The translations under genes and the position numbers were made by a program. From Dissulfurispiraceae bacterium (GTDB lineage: Bacteria; Nitrospirota; Thermodesulfovibrionia; Thermodesulfovibrionales; Dissulfurispiraceae): a stretch of 64,000 bases of DNA. Of the stretch, positions 9,911-19,078 are shown piece after piece. The first letter of the stretch is position 1. Every line of letters starts with the position of its first letter. The notes under the pieces were generated by a model that was not told the origin of the DNA, ran no database searches, and saw only the letters and a list, made by a program, of their open reading frames with translations. The stretch spans positions 22,390-86,389 of the forward strand of contig DATIKF010000179.1 of assembly GCA_035477855.1 (NCBI GenBank), given 5' to 3'.

Positions 9911-10745
9911 CGGAAGGCAGATATATCCTGAAGAGAGCGCCGTCGCCTTTGCGGCTCTCCACGGTTATCGTCCCCCCGTGTGCCAGCACAATTTTTTGCA
10001 CTAGGGCAAGCCCTATTCCGGTGCCGTCAGCTTTCGTCGTATAGAACGGCGCAAATATTTTTTCCTGCTCGGCTTCATCCAGTCCGGGGCCGTTGTCCTG
10101 CACCTCGAGCCAGACTCCTTTTTTTCCGGACATCTCTCCGGCTGCCGCGCGTATCCTGACGTCCGGCGCACCGGCCTCCAGTGCATTCTGCGCCAGATTT
10201 TTCAATGCCTGACGCAAGAGCGTGGCATCGCCGGCGCACTGCAGGGTTCCGGTTTCGGCAATATGAATTCGCTGTCGATCGGGAAACCCGCGCATCGTCT
10301 CAATCAGCAGGGCCTGAACCGGAACTGACGTTTTCTGGATGGGTTCGGAACGTGAAAAACTCAGCAATTCTGTCATAACGCCGTTCATGCTTTCGATTTC
10401 CTGAAGGATCCCCTCTGCGAGTTCCCTGCGCTCATCTTTTTCAGGCAGGCTCTTCAGGAGAAGTCGCGCATAGCCGGAAATAACGCTCATGGGATTGCGG
10501 AACTCATGGGCTATGCCGGCAGATACCTCGCCAAGGGCGGCCAGACGTTCCTTGATGAACAGCTGCTCCCTGAGCGACTTGAGCTCGCTCCCCATCGTCT
10601 GAAAGGACGCAAGCATCATATCCATTTCGGTTACCCGCTGCGGCTTTTCCTTTTCCCTTAACAGACGGGGAAGCAGCACAAGCGCAATGGCCAGAACAGT
10701 AAAAAGTATGCCTACCGTTAAAACAACTAAAATGGTGTCATGCAT
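9900..10745 (-). CDS. Sensor histidine kinase with one TM helix and no obvious sensor domain (PilS-like partner)
   Basis: 281 aa. TM helix ILVVLTVGILFTVLAIALVLL, H-box AGIAHEFRNPMSVI, HATPase motifs (QNALEA, DNGPGL, GTGIGL). Overlaps the regulator gene by 11 nt. Confidence 0.87.
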   Translation of the reverse strand: MHDTILVVLTVGILFTVLAIALVLLPRLLREKEKPQRVTEMDMMLASFQTMGSELKSLREQLFIKERLAALGEVSAGIAHEFRNPMSVISGYARLLLKSLPEKDERRELAEGILQEIESMNGVMTELLSFSRSEPIQKTSVPVQALLIETMRGFPDRQRIHIAETGTLQCAGDATLLRQALKNLAQNALEAGAPDVRIRAAAGEMSGKKGVWLEVQDNGPGLDEAEQEKIFAPFYTTKADGTGIGLALVQKIVLAHGGTITVESRKGDGALFRIYLPSDGA

Positions 10746-10777
10746 AATGATTGCTCTAACTATACCATGTTTTTATT

Positions 10778-10806
10778 TTGCATTTAAGGGTTGATTTTGC
10801 TATACT
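10778..10806 (+). promoter_or_regulatory. Sigma-70-type promoter of scpB (TTGCAT-17 nt-TATACT)
   Basis: TTGCAT at 10778..10783, a 17-nt spacer, TATACT at 10801..10806. ATG 10814 lies 7 nt downstream and there is no Shine-Dalgarno sequence. Confidence 0.45.
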
Positions 10807-10813
10807 CACCAAC

Positions 10814-11401
10814 ATGGAAAGTACACAGGACCGCCCTCAGCGCGAAGCAGAAACACTTCAGGATGAGGAGAGCATTGCTGCTCAGCGCAAAGCCATTCTG
10901 GAGTCTTTACTGTTCGTTGCAGGAGAAGCGGTTCCGGTAACCAGCCTCGCGAAAAGCACCGATATTGCTGAAAAAGAAGTCGTTCAACTCCTGCTGCGGC
11001 TTGCCGCTGACTATCGGCAGCGGGGTGCCGGGCTCGTTATCCGCCAGATTGAAGACAGTTTCCAGATTGTGACAAATCCCGAGTTCGGCCAGTGGGTAAA
11101 ACGCTTCAGGAATATTAATATCAGCACGAAGCTCTCCCAGCCGGCGCTGGAGACTCTCGCTATCATTGCCTATAAGCAGCCCATGACAAGGGTTGAAATT
11201 GACCAGCTTCGTGGGGTAAACTCTGATGGCGCGATTAAAACGCTGCTCGAAAAGCGTTTAATTAAAATAGTCGGGAAAAAGGAAGCTCCCGGCAGGCCTT
11301 TTCTCTATGCAACAACCAAAGATTTTTTGCAGTACTTCGGGCTTTCGAGTCTGAGCGAACTGCCGTCGATTCCGGATATTCTTCGGGACGAGGCAGCATA
11401 G
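10814..11401 (+). CDS. scpB: Segregation and condensation protein B (SMC-ScpAB subunit)
   Basis: ILESLLFVAGEAVPVTSLAK...IRQIEDSFQIVTNPEF...LSQPALETLAIIAYKQPMTRVEIDQLRGVNSDGAIKTLLEKRLIKIVGKKEAPGRPFLYATTKDFLQYFGL. Start placed at ATG 10814 rather than TTG 10778. Confidence 0.87.
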   Translation: MESTQDRPQREAETLQDEESIAAQRKAILESLLFVAGEAVPVTSLAKSTDIAEKEVVQLLLRLAADYRQRGAGLVIRQIEDSFQIVTNPEFGQWVKRFRNINISTKLSQPALETLAIIAYKQPMTRVEIDQLRGVNSDGAIKTLLEKRLIKIVGKKEAPGRPFLYATTKDFLQYFGLSSLSELPSIPDILRDEAA

Positions 11402-11411
11402 AAAAATCGAA

Positions 11412-12563
11412 GTGGAGGTGGCGATGAGAAATTGGATCGTCGCGGTTTCCCTTGTGTCGCTGATCTGCGCAAGATCGTATGCCGATGCAGATGCAAAGAC
11501 AATGCATACCGTGCAAAAAGGCGACACGCTGCAGAAAATTTCAAAACGGTACCACATATCCATCCCCGACCTGAAATCAGCAAACAATCTCTCTTCTGTC
11601 AAGCTCGCTATCGGCGACAGGATCGTTATCCCTGAAAAGGGCACGGCGGCCGCTTCGCAGGCCGATACCCCTCGCAAGGAAAAATCAGCGCTCAAAGCCG
11701 TTGCGGAAAAGTCGACCTATGCCGTAAAGAAAGGCGATAACGTCGCAACAATCGCCAGGCTGCATGGAATGTCTGAATCGGAGTTGATGGCAGTGAATGG
11801 GTTGAAATCTGCCAAATTGAAGCCAGGACAGCAACTGACGGTAAAAAAAGCGGTGCAGTCGCTTTATACGGTCAAAGAAGGTGACAACATATGGAGTATT
11901 GCGCGGAAGCACAATATGTCGGTCAATCAGCTGAAAGAAATCAACGGGCTTTCAGACAGCACTCTGCAGGTGAATCAGAAGCTTGCCGTCGCAAAAAAAG
12001 AGCATCAGCAAAGAACGCATTCAACGGAAGCCGATGATGAGCATGCGGAACGAGCTGCGTACGATCCGAAAACTACGCCCATTATCGCTTCAGCGAAAAT
12101 TGCCGAAGTGAAGGAACTTTCCAGGACTGAAGAAGTTGCCGATATGAATCTCCAGGACAGGCTGTTGCTGTTTGCCCGGAAAATGCTCCACCTCCCGTAC
12201 CGGTTTGGGGGCAACGGCATTGCGGCAGTCGACTGCTCATCATATGTGCAGAAAGTATTCAGCATTGCAGGGATACAACTTCCCAGAAGCGCGCGCGAAC
12301 AGTTCAGGGTCGGAGAGGAAGTTCACAAGTCTGAACTGAATGTCGGCGACCTGGTATTCTTCCAGACGTATGCGTCCTTCCCGTCACATGTCGGCATATA
12401 TATGGGGAATAATCTGTTTATCCATGCTTCATCCAGAGAAAAGCGCGTCACCATAGACAATCTGAATCATCCTTATTATGTTTCTCGATACATCGGCGCC
12501 AAGCGACTGCTCCCTGAAGCTGAGCTGGAAGGGCTGGAGTTGCAGTTAATGCCGAAAAAATAA
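11412..12563 (+). CDS. Secreted peptidoglycan hydrolase: 3 LysM repeats plus C-terminal NlpC/P60 cysteine peptidase
   Basis: Signal peptide. Three LysM units (HTVQKGDTLQKISKRY..., YAVKKGDNVATIARLH..., YTVKEGDNIWSIARKH...). NlpC/P60 catalytic Cys (AVDCSSYVQ) and His (HVGIYMG). Confidence 0.87.
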   Translation: MEVAMRNWIVAVSLVSLICARSYADADAKTMHTVQKGDTLQKISKRYHISIPDLKSANNLSSVKLAIGDRIVIPEKGTAAASQADTPRKEKSALKAVAEKSTYAVKKGDNVATIARLHGMSESELMAVNGLKSAKLKPGQQLTVKKAVQSLYTVKEGDNIWSIARKHNMSVNQLKEINGLSDSTLQVNQKLAVAKKEHQQRTHSTEADDEHAERAAYDPKTTPIIASAKIAEVKELSRTEEVADMNLQDRLLLFARKMLHLPYRFGGNGIAAVDCSSYVQKVFSIAGIQLPRSAREQFRVGEEVHKSELNVGDLVFFQTYASFPSHVGIYMGNNLFIHASSREKRVTIDNLNHPYYVSRYIGAKRLLPEAELEGLELQLMPKK

Positions 12564-12575
12564 GGCAAAGCAGAC

Positions 12576-12613
12576 AAAAAAAAGGCGCCGCTTTGCAGCG
12601 GCGCCTTTTTTTT
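12576..12613. terminator. Bidirectional rho-independent terminator between convergent genes
   Basis: A8-GGCGCCGCT-ttgc-AGCGGCGCC-T8: a perfect 9-bp GC stem flanked by an A-run and a T-run. Confidence 0.78.
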
Positions 12614-12633
12614 GATTCGGATTGTACCTGCGA

Positions 12634-13050
12634 CTACCGGGATGAAGCCTCCCGGGCCGGAAAATCAATCACATTGGAAGCATCTTCATCCCGGTGGACA
12701 TGGGAGCGTCCTTCAAAAATACCGCCTTCAGCGACCGTAAGCTTTCGGGTAAAGACGTCACCGAACAGCTTGCCTTTGGGTTTTATCTCCACGCTCTCTT
12801 GCGCATGCACATTGCCGTCAATTCTCCCCCCGATGAGTACGCTTCGGGCAACCACATCGCCCTGAATCGAGCCGCACTCTCCGAGAATAACTTCTTCGGC
12901 CTTTATATGACCGGCGGCGGCTCCATCTACGCGAAGCGTTCCCTTTGCCTCAATGTTGCCTTCAACAGATGACTGAGTACCTATAAGTGATTCAAGCTTG
13001 CTGCTGTTATTTCTTTTCAGAAACACGGTCATCCTCCCAGATATAGTCAC
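12634..13050 (-). CDS. Bactofilin (polymer-forming cytoskeletal protein, CcmA/BacA family)
   Basis: 138 aa. Repetitive beta-helix pattern IEAKGTLRVDGAAAGHIKAEEVILGECGSIQGDVVARSVLIGGRIDGNVHAQESVEIKPKGKLFGDVFTRKLTVAEGGIFEG. Confidence 0.85.
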   Translation of the reverse strand: MTISGRMTVFLKRNNSSKLESLIGTQSSVEGNIEAKGTLRVDGAAAGHIKAEEVILGECGSIQGDVVARSVLIGGRIDGNVHAQESVEIKPKGKLFGDVFTRKLTVAEGGIFEGRSHVHRDEDASNVIDFPAREASSR

Positions 13051-13873
13051 GCGGATTCACCGCTTTGCCGTTCACCCAGACTTCATAGTGCAGATGCGAT
13101 CCGGTAGTGTAACCGGTTGCGCCGGCAAGAGCGATTACAGCGCCCCGCTTCACGCGATTGCCAACCGCAACCTTGTTACTGGAATTATGCGCATACAGCG
13201 TTGAATAGCCCATGCCATGCTCGACAACAACCAGATTGCCGTTGCCGGCGCTCCAGCCCGAAAAGCTCACCACGCCGTCAGCCGTTGTACGAATCGGCGT
13301 TCCTTTGGGCACCGAGATATCGATGCCGGCATGAAACTCCTGACCGCCGTACTTCGGATCCTGACGATGCCCGTAATGAGACGTTACCCTGCCGACGACC
13401 GGCCAACCTTTCGGCAGAGAGCCCTCAAGATCTTTCTGTTCTCTTAGATAGTCGCTGACAGCGATCACGGTTTCGGTCGTCTTTTTTATCTGCTCGCGCA
13501 ACTGCTCCATATCGAGAGAACCGGCGTTATCAACCGTTTTTTTGGCATCTACGTTCTCGAGAATCTGCTCTTTCGAGCCAAACGACAGAAGACGCCGGAA
13601 CTCTGAATCAGCCTTCATGATCATGTTCATTGCCGTCTGCAGTTCGGAGAATTGGGAGGAATAAAAGGCAACCTTGTTCTTCATCTGGTGATACTCGATG
13701 GTATCGACGGTTGCGGTCACGACATAGAACGTCCCTGCAAGCCAGAGAAATACGGCGAGCAGAATGCCGATGGAAGGCACCCGGAAATTGATGGTCCGCT
13801 TGCTGTCATGAGGAATCATCATGATGCTCACCGGCGTGAAAAGCTTTTTCAGGAAACGCTTGACCTTATACAT
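13007..13873 (-). CDS. Membrane-anchored M23 (LytM) family metallopeptidase
   Basis: 288 aa. TM helix, coiled region, HxxxD (FHAGIDIS) and HxH (GSHLHYEV) motifs. Its 3' end overlaps the bactofilin ORF by 44 nt. Confidence 0.87.
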   Translation of the reverse strand: MYKVKRFLKKLFTPVSIMMIPHDSKRTINFRVPSIGILLAVFLWLAGTFYVVTATVDTIEYHQMKNKVAFYSSQFSELQTAMNMIMKADSEFRRLLSFGSKEQILENVDAKKTVDNAGSLDMEQLREQIKKTTETVIAVSDYLREQKDLEGSLPKGWPVVGRVTSHYGHRQDPKYGGQEFHAGIDISVPKGTPIRTTADGVVSFSGWSAGNGNLVVVEHGMGYSTLYAHNSSNKVAVGNRVKRGAVIALAGATGYTTGSHLHYEVWVNGKAVNPRDYIWEDDRVSEKK

Positions 13874-14900
13874 AACGGACGCGCTGTTTGCCTCCCTGTT
13901 CGATAAAGCCGATCTGAGATGCGGGATATCCGGATTTCTTCAAGTGCGCTACCGAGGCGTCGGCATCTTTGGGTGAAACTACTATAACATATCCGATCCC
14001 CATGTTAAAGGTTTTTTTCATCTCGTTCTCAGGAACCGAACCGAGCTTCTGCACGAGCGAAAAGAGTGCCGGCACCTCCCATGAGTTCCTGAAAATCGAC
14101 GCCCGGAGGCCGGAGGGAAGAATGCGCGGCAGGTTGCCGGGGATGCCGCCGCCGGTAATATGCGCCATCCCCTTTATTTTCACTTTCCTGCCGACAGCAG
14201 CTACTCCCTTGACATAGATACGGGTCGGCGTGAGCAGCGCCTCACCAAGCGTCTGATTCAGCTCCGGCACAAACGTATCTACGGTCATGTTCTTAAGGTC
14301 GAACAGTATCTTGCGAATGAGCGAGTATCCGTTGCTGTGCAAGCCGGATGAGAGGACACCTATCACCGCGTCTCCCGGCCTGATGGACTTCCCGTCGACA
14401 ACGTTTTTCCGGTCAACGACGCCGACAGAAAACCCGGCAAGGTCAAATTCATCGGCATCATAAAAGCCCGGCATTTCCGCGGTTTCCCCTCCGATGAGCG
14501 AACAGCCGGCTTCAAGACAGCCGTCAGCTATTCCCTTGACCACATCACGAGCCTTTTCTGCAGAAAGTGCTCCCGTGGCATAATAATCCAGAAAAAACAG
14601 CGGTTCAGCACCGAGCGTCAGGATATCATTCACGCACATTGCAACCAGGTCGATACCGACAGTGTCATATTTCCCGGTCAGAAACGCGATTTTCAGTTTC
14701 GTGCCGACACCATCGGTGCCGCTCACAAGGACCGGTTCGCGATACTTCTTCAGGTCCAGACGAAACAGCGCGCCGAATGAACCTATATCAGCCAAAACCT
14801 CTTTACGAAAGGTGCGCTTCACTATCGGTGAGATGAGTTTGACGAGACGCTCTCCTTCATCGATATCAACGCCTGCCTGTTTGTAAGTGATAGGTTTCAC
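13866..14900 (-). CDS. purM: Phosphoribosylformylglycinamidine cyclo-ligase (AIR synthetase)
   Basis: 344 aa. YKQAGVDIDEGERLV...SGTDGVGTKLKIA...GGETAEMPGFY...GLHSNGYSL are classic PurM motifs. Confidence 0.95.
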   Translation of the reverse strand: MKPITYKQAGVDIDEGERLVKLISPIVKRTFRKEVLADIGSFGALFRLDLKKYREPVLVSGTDGVGTKLKIAFLTGKYDTVGIDLVAMCVNDILTLGAEPLFFLDYYATGALSAEKARDVVKGIADGCLEAGCSLIGGETAEMPGFYDADEFDLAGFSVGVVDRKNVVDGKSIRPGDAVIGVLSSGLHSNGYSLIRKILFDLKNMTVDTFVPELNQTLGEALLTPTRIYVKGVAAVGRKVKIKGMAHITGGGIPGNLPRILPSGLRASIFRNSWEVPALFSLVQKLGSVPENEMKKTFNMGIGYVIVVSPKDADASVAHLKKSGYPASQIGFIEQGGKQRVRYV

Positions 14901-14904
14901 TGCG

Positions 14905-15744
14905 CTATCCTTTCTTCCTGATGTTCATGCTGATATCGACTGCCCGGGCCGAGTGTGTGAGAGCTCCGACCGAAATGATGTCGACGCCGGTTGCCGCTAT
15001 CTGCTCTACCGTGTCGAGTGAAACGCCGCCGGAGACTTCAAGCAGCACTCTCTTCCGGTTGACTTCGACCGCTCTGCGGATTTCATCAAGCCCCATGTTG
15101 TCAAGCATGATGACGTCCGCGCCCGCATCGAGAGCCTCACAGAGTTCGTCAAGCGTTGTCACCTCGACTTCAATTTTCAGGAGATGATGCGCCATGCGGG
15201 AACGAGCTACAGCCTTCGCGATACTGCCTGACGCGGCAATATGGTTATCCTTGATCAACACCCCGTCAGAAAGACAGAAGCGATGATTCCATCCGCCGCC
15301 CATTCGCACCCCGTATTTTTCAAGTGCCCTGAGCCCCGGAGACGTTTTCCTCGTATCGGTTATTTTTACAGGATATGCTTTAACTTTATTTACATAACTA
15401 TTTGTTAAAGAAGCTATTCCTGAAACTCTCTGAAGTATGTTGAGCGCCACTCTTTCACCAAGAAGGAGTGAACAGGTTCTCCCTGACAGTTCGGCCAGTA
15501 CGCCGCCGGATTTCACCGGAGTGCCCTCTTTTTCGAAGACCTTTACTTTTACTGCCGGGTCAACCTGTACAAAAACTTCCTGCACATACGGCATGCCCGC
15601 AAGAACAAAAGACTCTTTTGCCACCAGAACGGCGACTGAACAGGAATCTTCGGCAACGGTGAGCTGAGATGTTATATCGCCGGAGCCGGCATCTTCCATC
15701 AGGGCGCGGCGAATCGTCCCGGCGACAGACAGATCGACCATCAT
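14905..15744 (-). CDS. nadC: Nicotinate-nucleotide pyrophosphorylase (quinolinate phosphoribosyltransferase)
   Basis: 279 aa. EDAGSGDITS...ERVALNILQRVSGIAS...ITDTRKTSPGLR..KYGVRMGGGWNHR...IMLDNM. Confidence 0.92.
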   Translation of the reverse strand: MMVDLSVAGTIRRALMEDAGSGDITSQLTVAEDSCSVAVLVAKESFVLAGMPYVQEVFVQVDPAVKVKVFEKEGTPVKSGGVLAELSGRTCSLLLGERVALNILQRVSGIASLTNSYVNKVKAYPVKITDTRKTSPGLRALEKYGVRMGGGWNHRFCLSDGVLIKDNHIAASGSIAKAVARSRMAHHLLKIEVEVTTLDELCEALDAGADVIMLDNMGLDEIRRAVEVNRKRVLLEVSGGVSLDTVEQIAATGVDIISVGALTHSARAVDISMNIRKKG

Positions 15745-15750
15745 GGCTGA

Positions 15751-16233
15751 CTATCGCCGCCGGAAAAGTGTGAAAAGACCAAAAATGCCGCCTGCCACAG
15801 CCCCGATTGCCGCTGCGGAACGCCAGTCCAGCAGTGTGGTTATGTTTCCCTGCACTTTGCGGCCAATCAGCAGGATGGATGTGCTGTTTTCTGCGCGAAT
15901 TTCATTTGCGACAAGAACGCCGACTGCGCTCCGGTTGACCGTCGAGTCCCCCCTTGAAACAGAAACCGGGGTGCAGGAGAAGTTGATATTCGCCGTCGTG
16001 CTCGCTGCAAACATGCTCACGCTCTGATTCAACGTCAGAGATTCCCCTTTCATGAGCACCGCCGCCCCTTGGGTAACTTCAACCCTGTCGCCGTCAATGC
16101 TCAGCGCAGCCACCTGCTGGAGTTCGATATGCCCGCCCTCCACTGCCCTGATCGTACTCTGGCGGATATTGGCAAACTCCGCCTCGACGATATCGAGCTT
16201 GCCGCTTTCGATGTCAAGAACATTCTTTTCCAT
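15751..16233 (-). CDS. Hypothetical beta-rich protein with C-terminal TM anchor
   Basis: 160 aa. No recognisable motif. Repetitive short beta-strand-like segments, then AAAIGAVAGGIFGLFTLFRRR at the C-terminus. Tightly packed between valS and nadC. Confidence 0.5.
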   Translation of the reverse strand: MEKNVLDIESGKLDIVEAEFANIRQSTIRAVEGGHIELQQVAALSIDGDRVEVTQGAAVLMKGESLTLNQSVSMFAASTTANINFSCTPVSVSRGDSTVNRSAVGVLVANEIRAENSTSILLIGRKVQGNITTLLDWRSAAAIGAVAGGIFGLFTLFRRR

Positions 16234-16244
16234 TCATTGCCCCC

Positions 16245-19070
16245 TTATTGAATCGTTTTCAGCAGATTCAGGTTGTCGGCTATTTTATCATTTTTCCTTG
16301 CCAGTTCCTCAAACTTCGCCCTGTCTTTTTCCACGACATTTTTCGGAGCGCTCTTGAGGAAATCCTCATTCATAAGCTTTTTATTGAAAAACGCTATCGC
16401 CTCTTCGACTTTTGCCTTTTCCTTCCGGAGGCGGGCGATTTCAGCATCAAGGTCCAGAAGTCCTTCAATGGGAATGTAGCCTTCAACAGAATCAGTTACG
16501 AACATGGCGGAACCTTTTGCACGCGATACGTTATTGCCTGTCTGCAGATCCTTGCAGCGGGTCAGTTTTATAATGGAAGCCCGGTTTTCCTCCAATGCTG
16601 CCAAAGCATCATCGCTCAGCGTCTTCATCTGAACCGTGATTTCCAGAGATGGGTTGATATTCAGCTCGCCCCTGATGCTGCGAATCCCCGATATGACGTC
16701 AAGGACAAGATTCATGCGTCGTTCCGCCTCAGAATAAACCGGGAGATCGCACGGGAACGCCGCGTGCTGCATGATGCTCTCTTTTTTATCGAGCACGCGT
16801 TGCCAGAGCTCCTCCGTCACAAAGGGCATAAACGGGTGGAGCATCAATAGCACACGCTCAAGAACGAAGAAAAGACAATCCACAACCAGGCGTTTCTTTG
16901 CAGCATCATCTCCATACAGATCCGGCTTGACGATCTCAAGATACCAGTCGCAGAACTCGTGCCAGATAAAATGGTAAATACTGTTTGCCGCCTCATTAAA
17001 CCGATATGCGTCAAGGTTGCGGTTCACATCGTCAGCACAGTGCGACAGCCTGCTGAGAATCCAGCTGTTCCTTATATCGGCGGCCAGTTCAGCCGAAGAG
17101 GGCGCCGCTGTTGAACGGAATTCCGCATAGCCGACCATAAAGCGTGTCGCATTCCAGAGTTTGTTGATGAAATGCCGGTAGCCTTCAACCCGTTCCTCGG
17201 AAAAACGGATGTCGCGCCCCTGGGCGGCAAAGGCAGCAAGCGAAAAACGGAACGCGTCCGCCCCGAATCTGTCTATCATAGTCAGAGGATCAATGACATT
17301 GCCCTTCGACTTGCTCATCTTCTGCCCCTTTGCGTCCCGGACCAGGGCATGAATATATACATCGCGGAAAGGCACTTCTCCCGTACATTTCAAGCCCATC
17401 ATTATCATGCGGGCAACCCAGAAGAAGAGAATATCAAAGCCGGTCACCAGAACGCTTGTCGGATAGAATGTCTTGAGATCAGGAGTTTCAGCAGGCCAGC
17501 CCAGGGTCGAAAAAGGCCAGAGAGCCGAGGAAAACCAGGTGTCAAGAACATCAGGATCACGCAGAATCCGGCCGCTCCCGCACAAGGGACATGCCGCAAG
17601 ATCCGTTCTGCTGCAGAATGGTTTCACCTGCCGGGGAATGCGGATAACTTTCGAGTTCGCGACAAGGTCAGCGTGGTTCAGGCCCTTCCGCCGGAGCTCC
17701 GCATAGGTTCCTCCAGGTATCGTCGAACCATCTTTCAAACCGAACGGCTCAAAGAAGATATGTTCGATCAGCTCTCCCTGAAGATGACCTTCAGCTGTCG
17801 TGCAGTCGGGGCAGTACCAGACCGGAATCTGATGTCCCCACCAGATCTGCCGGGACACACACCAGTCCCTGATATCACGCATCCACCCAAAATAGTTGTT
17901 CTCCCATCCTTCCGGTATGAGATGAATACGCTTCTCTTCGACCGCAGCGATTGCTTCTTTCGCAAGCGGCTCAATCTTCACATACCATTGAATCGTGTCA
18001 TACGGCTCAATGACTGTCTTGCAGCGGTAACAGTGCCCTACCGAATGCTTGTGTTTCTTCTCGGTCTCCAGCAGTTCGAGCTTCTTCAGGTCTTCCACGA
18101 CCTTCTTGCGGCAGGCCGTGCGATCAAGACCTGCATAAACAGCGCCGGCCTCGCTGTTCATATGGCCATCCTCGGTCATCACGTTGAGGAACGGCAGGTT
18201 GTGCCGGCGCGCGGTTGATTCGTCGTTAAAGTCGTGGGACGGCGTAATTTTCACTGCACCGGTGCCGAACTGCGGATCCACCGACTCGTCTGCAACGACA
18301 GGGATGAGACGGTCGGCAAGCGGCAGGCGAATCATCTTGCCGATATGTTTTTTATAGCGAACATCTTCAGGATGAACTGCAACTGCAGTATCGCCAAGCA
18401 TTGTTTCAGGGCGCGTCGTTGCCACGGTCAGCGCGCCCGGCCCCTCTGCCAGCGGATAGATGATGTAGTACAGGCGGCCGTCTATCTCCTCATATTCCAC
18501 CTCTAGATCAGACAGCGCGGTATGGCAGCGCGGACACCAATTGATGAGACGGCTGTCACGATATATGAGCCCTTCTTCAAAAAACCGCACAAAAACTTCC
18601 CGCACCGCCTGCGAAAGCCCTTCATCAAGCGTGAACCGCTCGCGCGACCAGTCGCACGATGCGCCGAGCTTTTTCAGCTGATGAATAATCTTACCGCCGT
18701 ATTCTGCTTTCCATTGCCAGACTCGGTTCATGAACTCTTCGCGGCCAAGCCGGTGTCTGTCTATATTCCCCTTCGCAAGTTCACGCTCGACAACATTCTG
18801 CGTCGCTATGCCTGCATGATCAGTTCCCGGCAACCACAAAACACGGTAGCCGAGCATGCGCTTCCAGCGGCTCAGCACATCCTGCACTGTTGCATTCAGC
18901 GCATGCCCCATGTGAAGCGAACCGGTTACGTTCGGTGGAGGGATGACGATGCTGAACGGCTTCACCTGCATGTCCTGCCGCGGCTGGAACAGGCCTTTCC
19001 GCTCCCAGAGCTCATACCACTTGTCTTCTATTTCCTCAGGATTGTACGACTTGCCGATTTCCATTCCCAC
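16245..19070 (-). CDS. valS: Valine--tRNA ligase
   Basis: 941 aa. HIGH-type motif PNVTGSLHMGH, KMSKS motif, C-terminal coiled coil. Confidence 0.97.
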   Translation of the reverse strand: MGMEIGKSYNPEEIEDKWYELWERKGLFQPRQDMQVKPFSIVIPPPNVTGSLHMGHALNATVQDVLSRWKRMLGYRVLWLPGTDHAGIATQNVVERELAKGNIDRHRLGREEFMNRVWQWKAEYGGKIIHQLKKLGASCDWSRERFTLDEGLSQAVREVFVRFFEEGLIYRDSRLINWCPRCHTALSDLEVEYEEIDGRLYYIIYPLAEGPGALTVATTRPETMLGDTAVAVHPEDVRYKKHIGKMIRLPLADRLIPVVADESVDPQFGTGAVKITPSHDFNDESTARRHNLPFLNVMTEDGHMNSEAGAVYAGLDRTACRKKVVEDLKKLELLETEKKHKHSVGHCYRCKTVIEPYDTIQWYVKIEPLAKEAIAAVEEKRIHLIPEGWENNYFGWMRDIRDWCVSRQIWWGHQIPVWYCPDCTTAEGHLQGELIEHIFFEPFGLKDGSTIPGGTYAELRRKGLNHADLVANSKVIRIPRQVKPFCSRTDLAACPLCGSGRILRDPDVLDTWFSSALWPFSTLGWPAETPDLKTFYPTSVLVTGFDILFFWVARMIMMGLKCTGEVPFRDVYIHALVRDAKGQKMSKSKGNVIDPLTMIDRFGADAFRFSLAAFAAQGRDIRFSEERVEGYRHFINKLWNATRFMVGYAEFRSTAAPSSAELAADIRNSWILSRLSHCADDVNRNLDAYRFNEAANSIYHFIWHEFCDWYLEIVKPDLYGDDAAKKRLVVDCLFFVLERVLLMLHPFMPFVTEELWQRVLDKKESIMQHAAFPCDLPVYSEAERRMNLVLDVISGIRSIRGELNINPSLEITVQMKTLSDDALAALEENRASIIKLTRCKDLQTGNNVSRAKGSAMFVTDSVEGYIPIEGLLDLDAEIARLRKEKAKVEEAIAFFNKKLMNEDFLKSAPKNVVEKDRAKFEELARKNDKIADNLNLLKTIQ

Positions 19071-19078
19071 TCCTCAAT

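Noticed and set aside
17172-18218. 348-aa plus-strand ORF.
   Set aside because: It is antisense to valS and is a shadow ORF.
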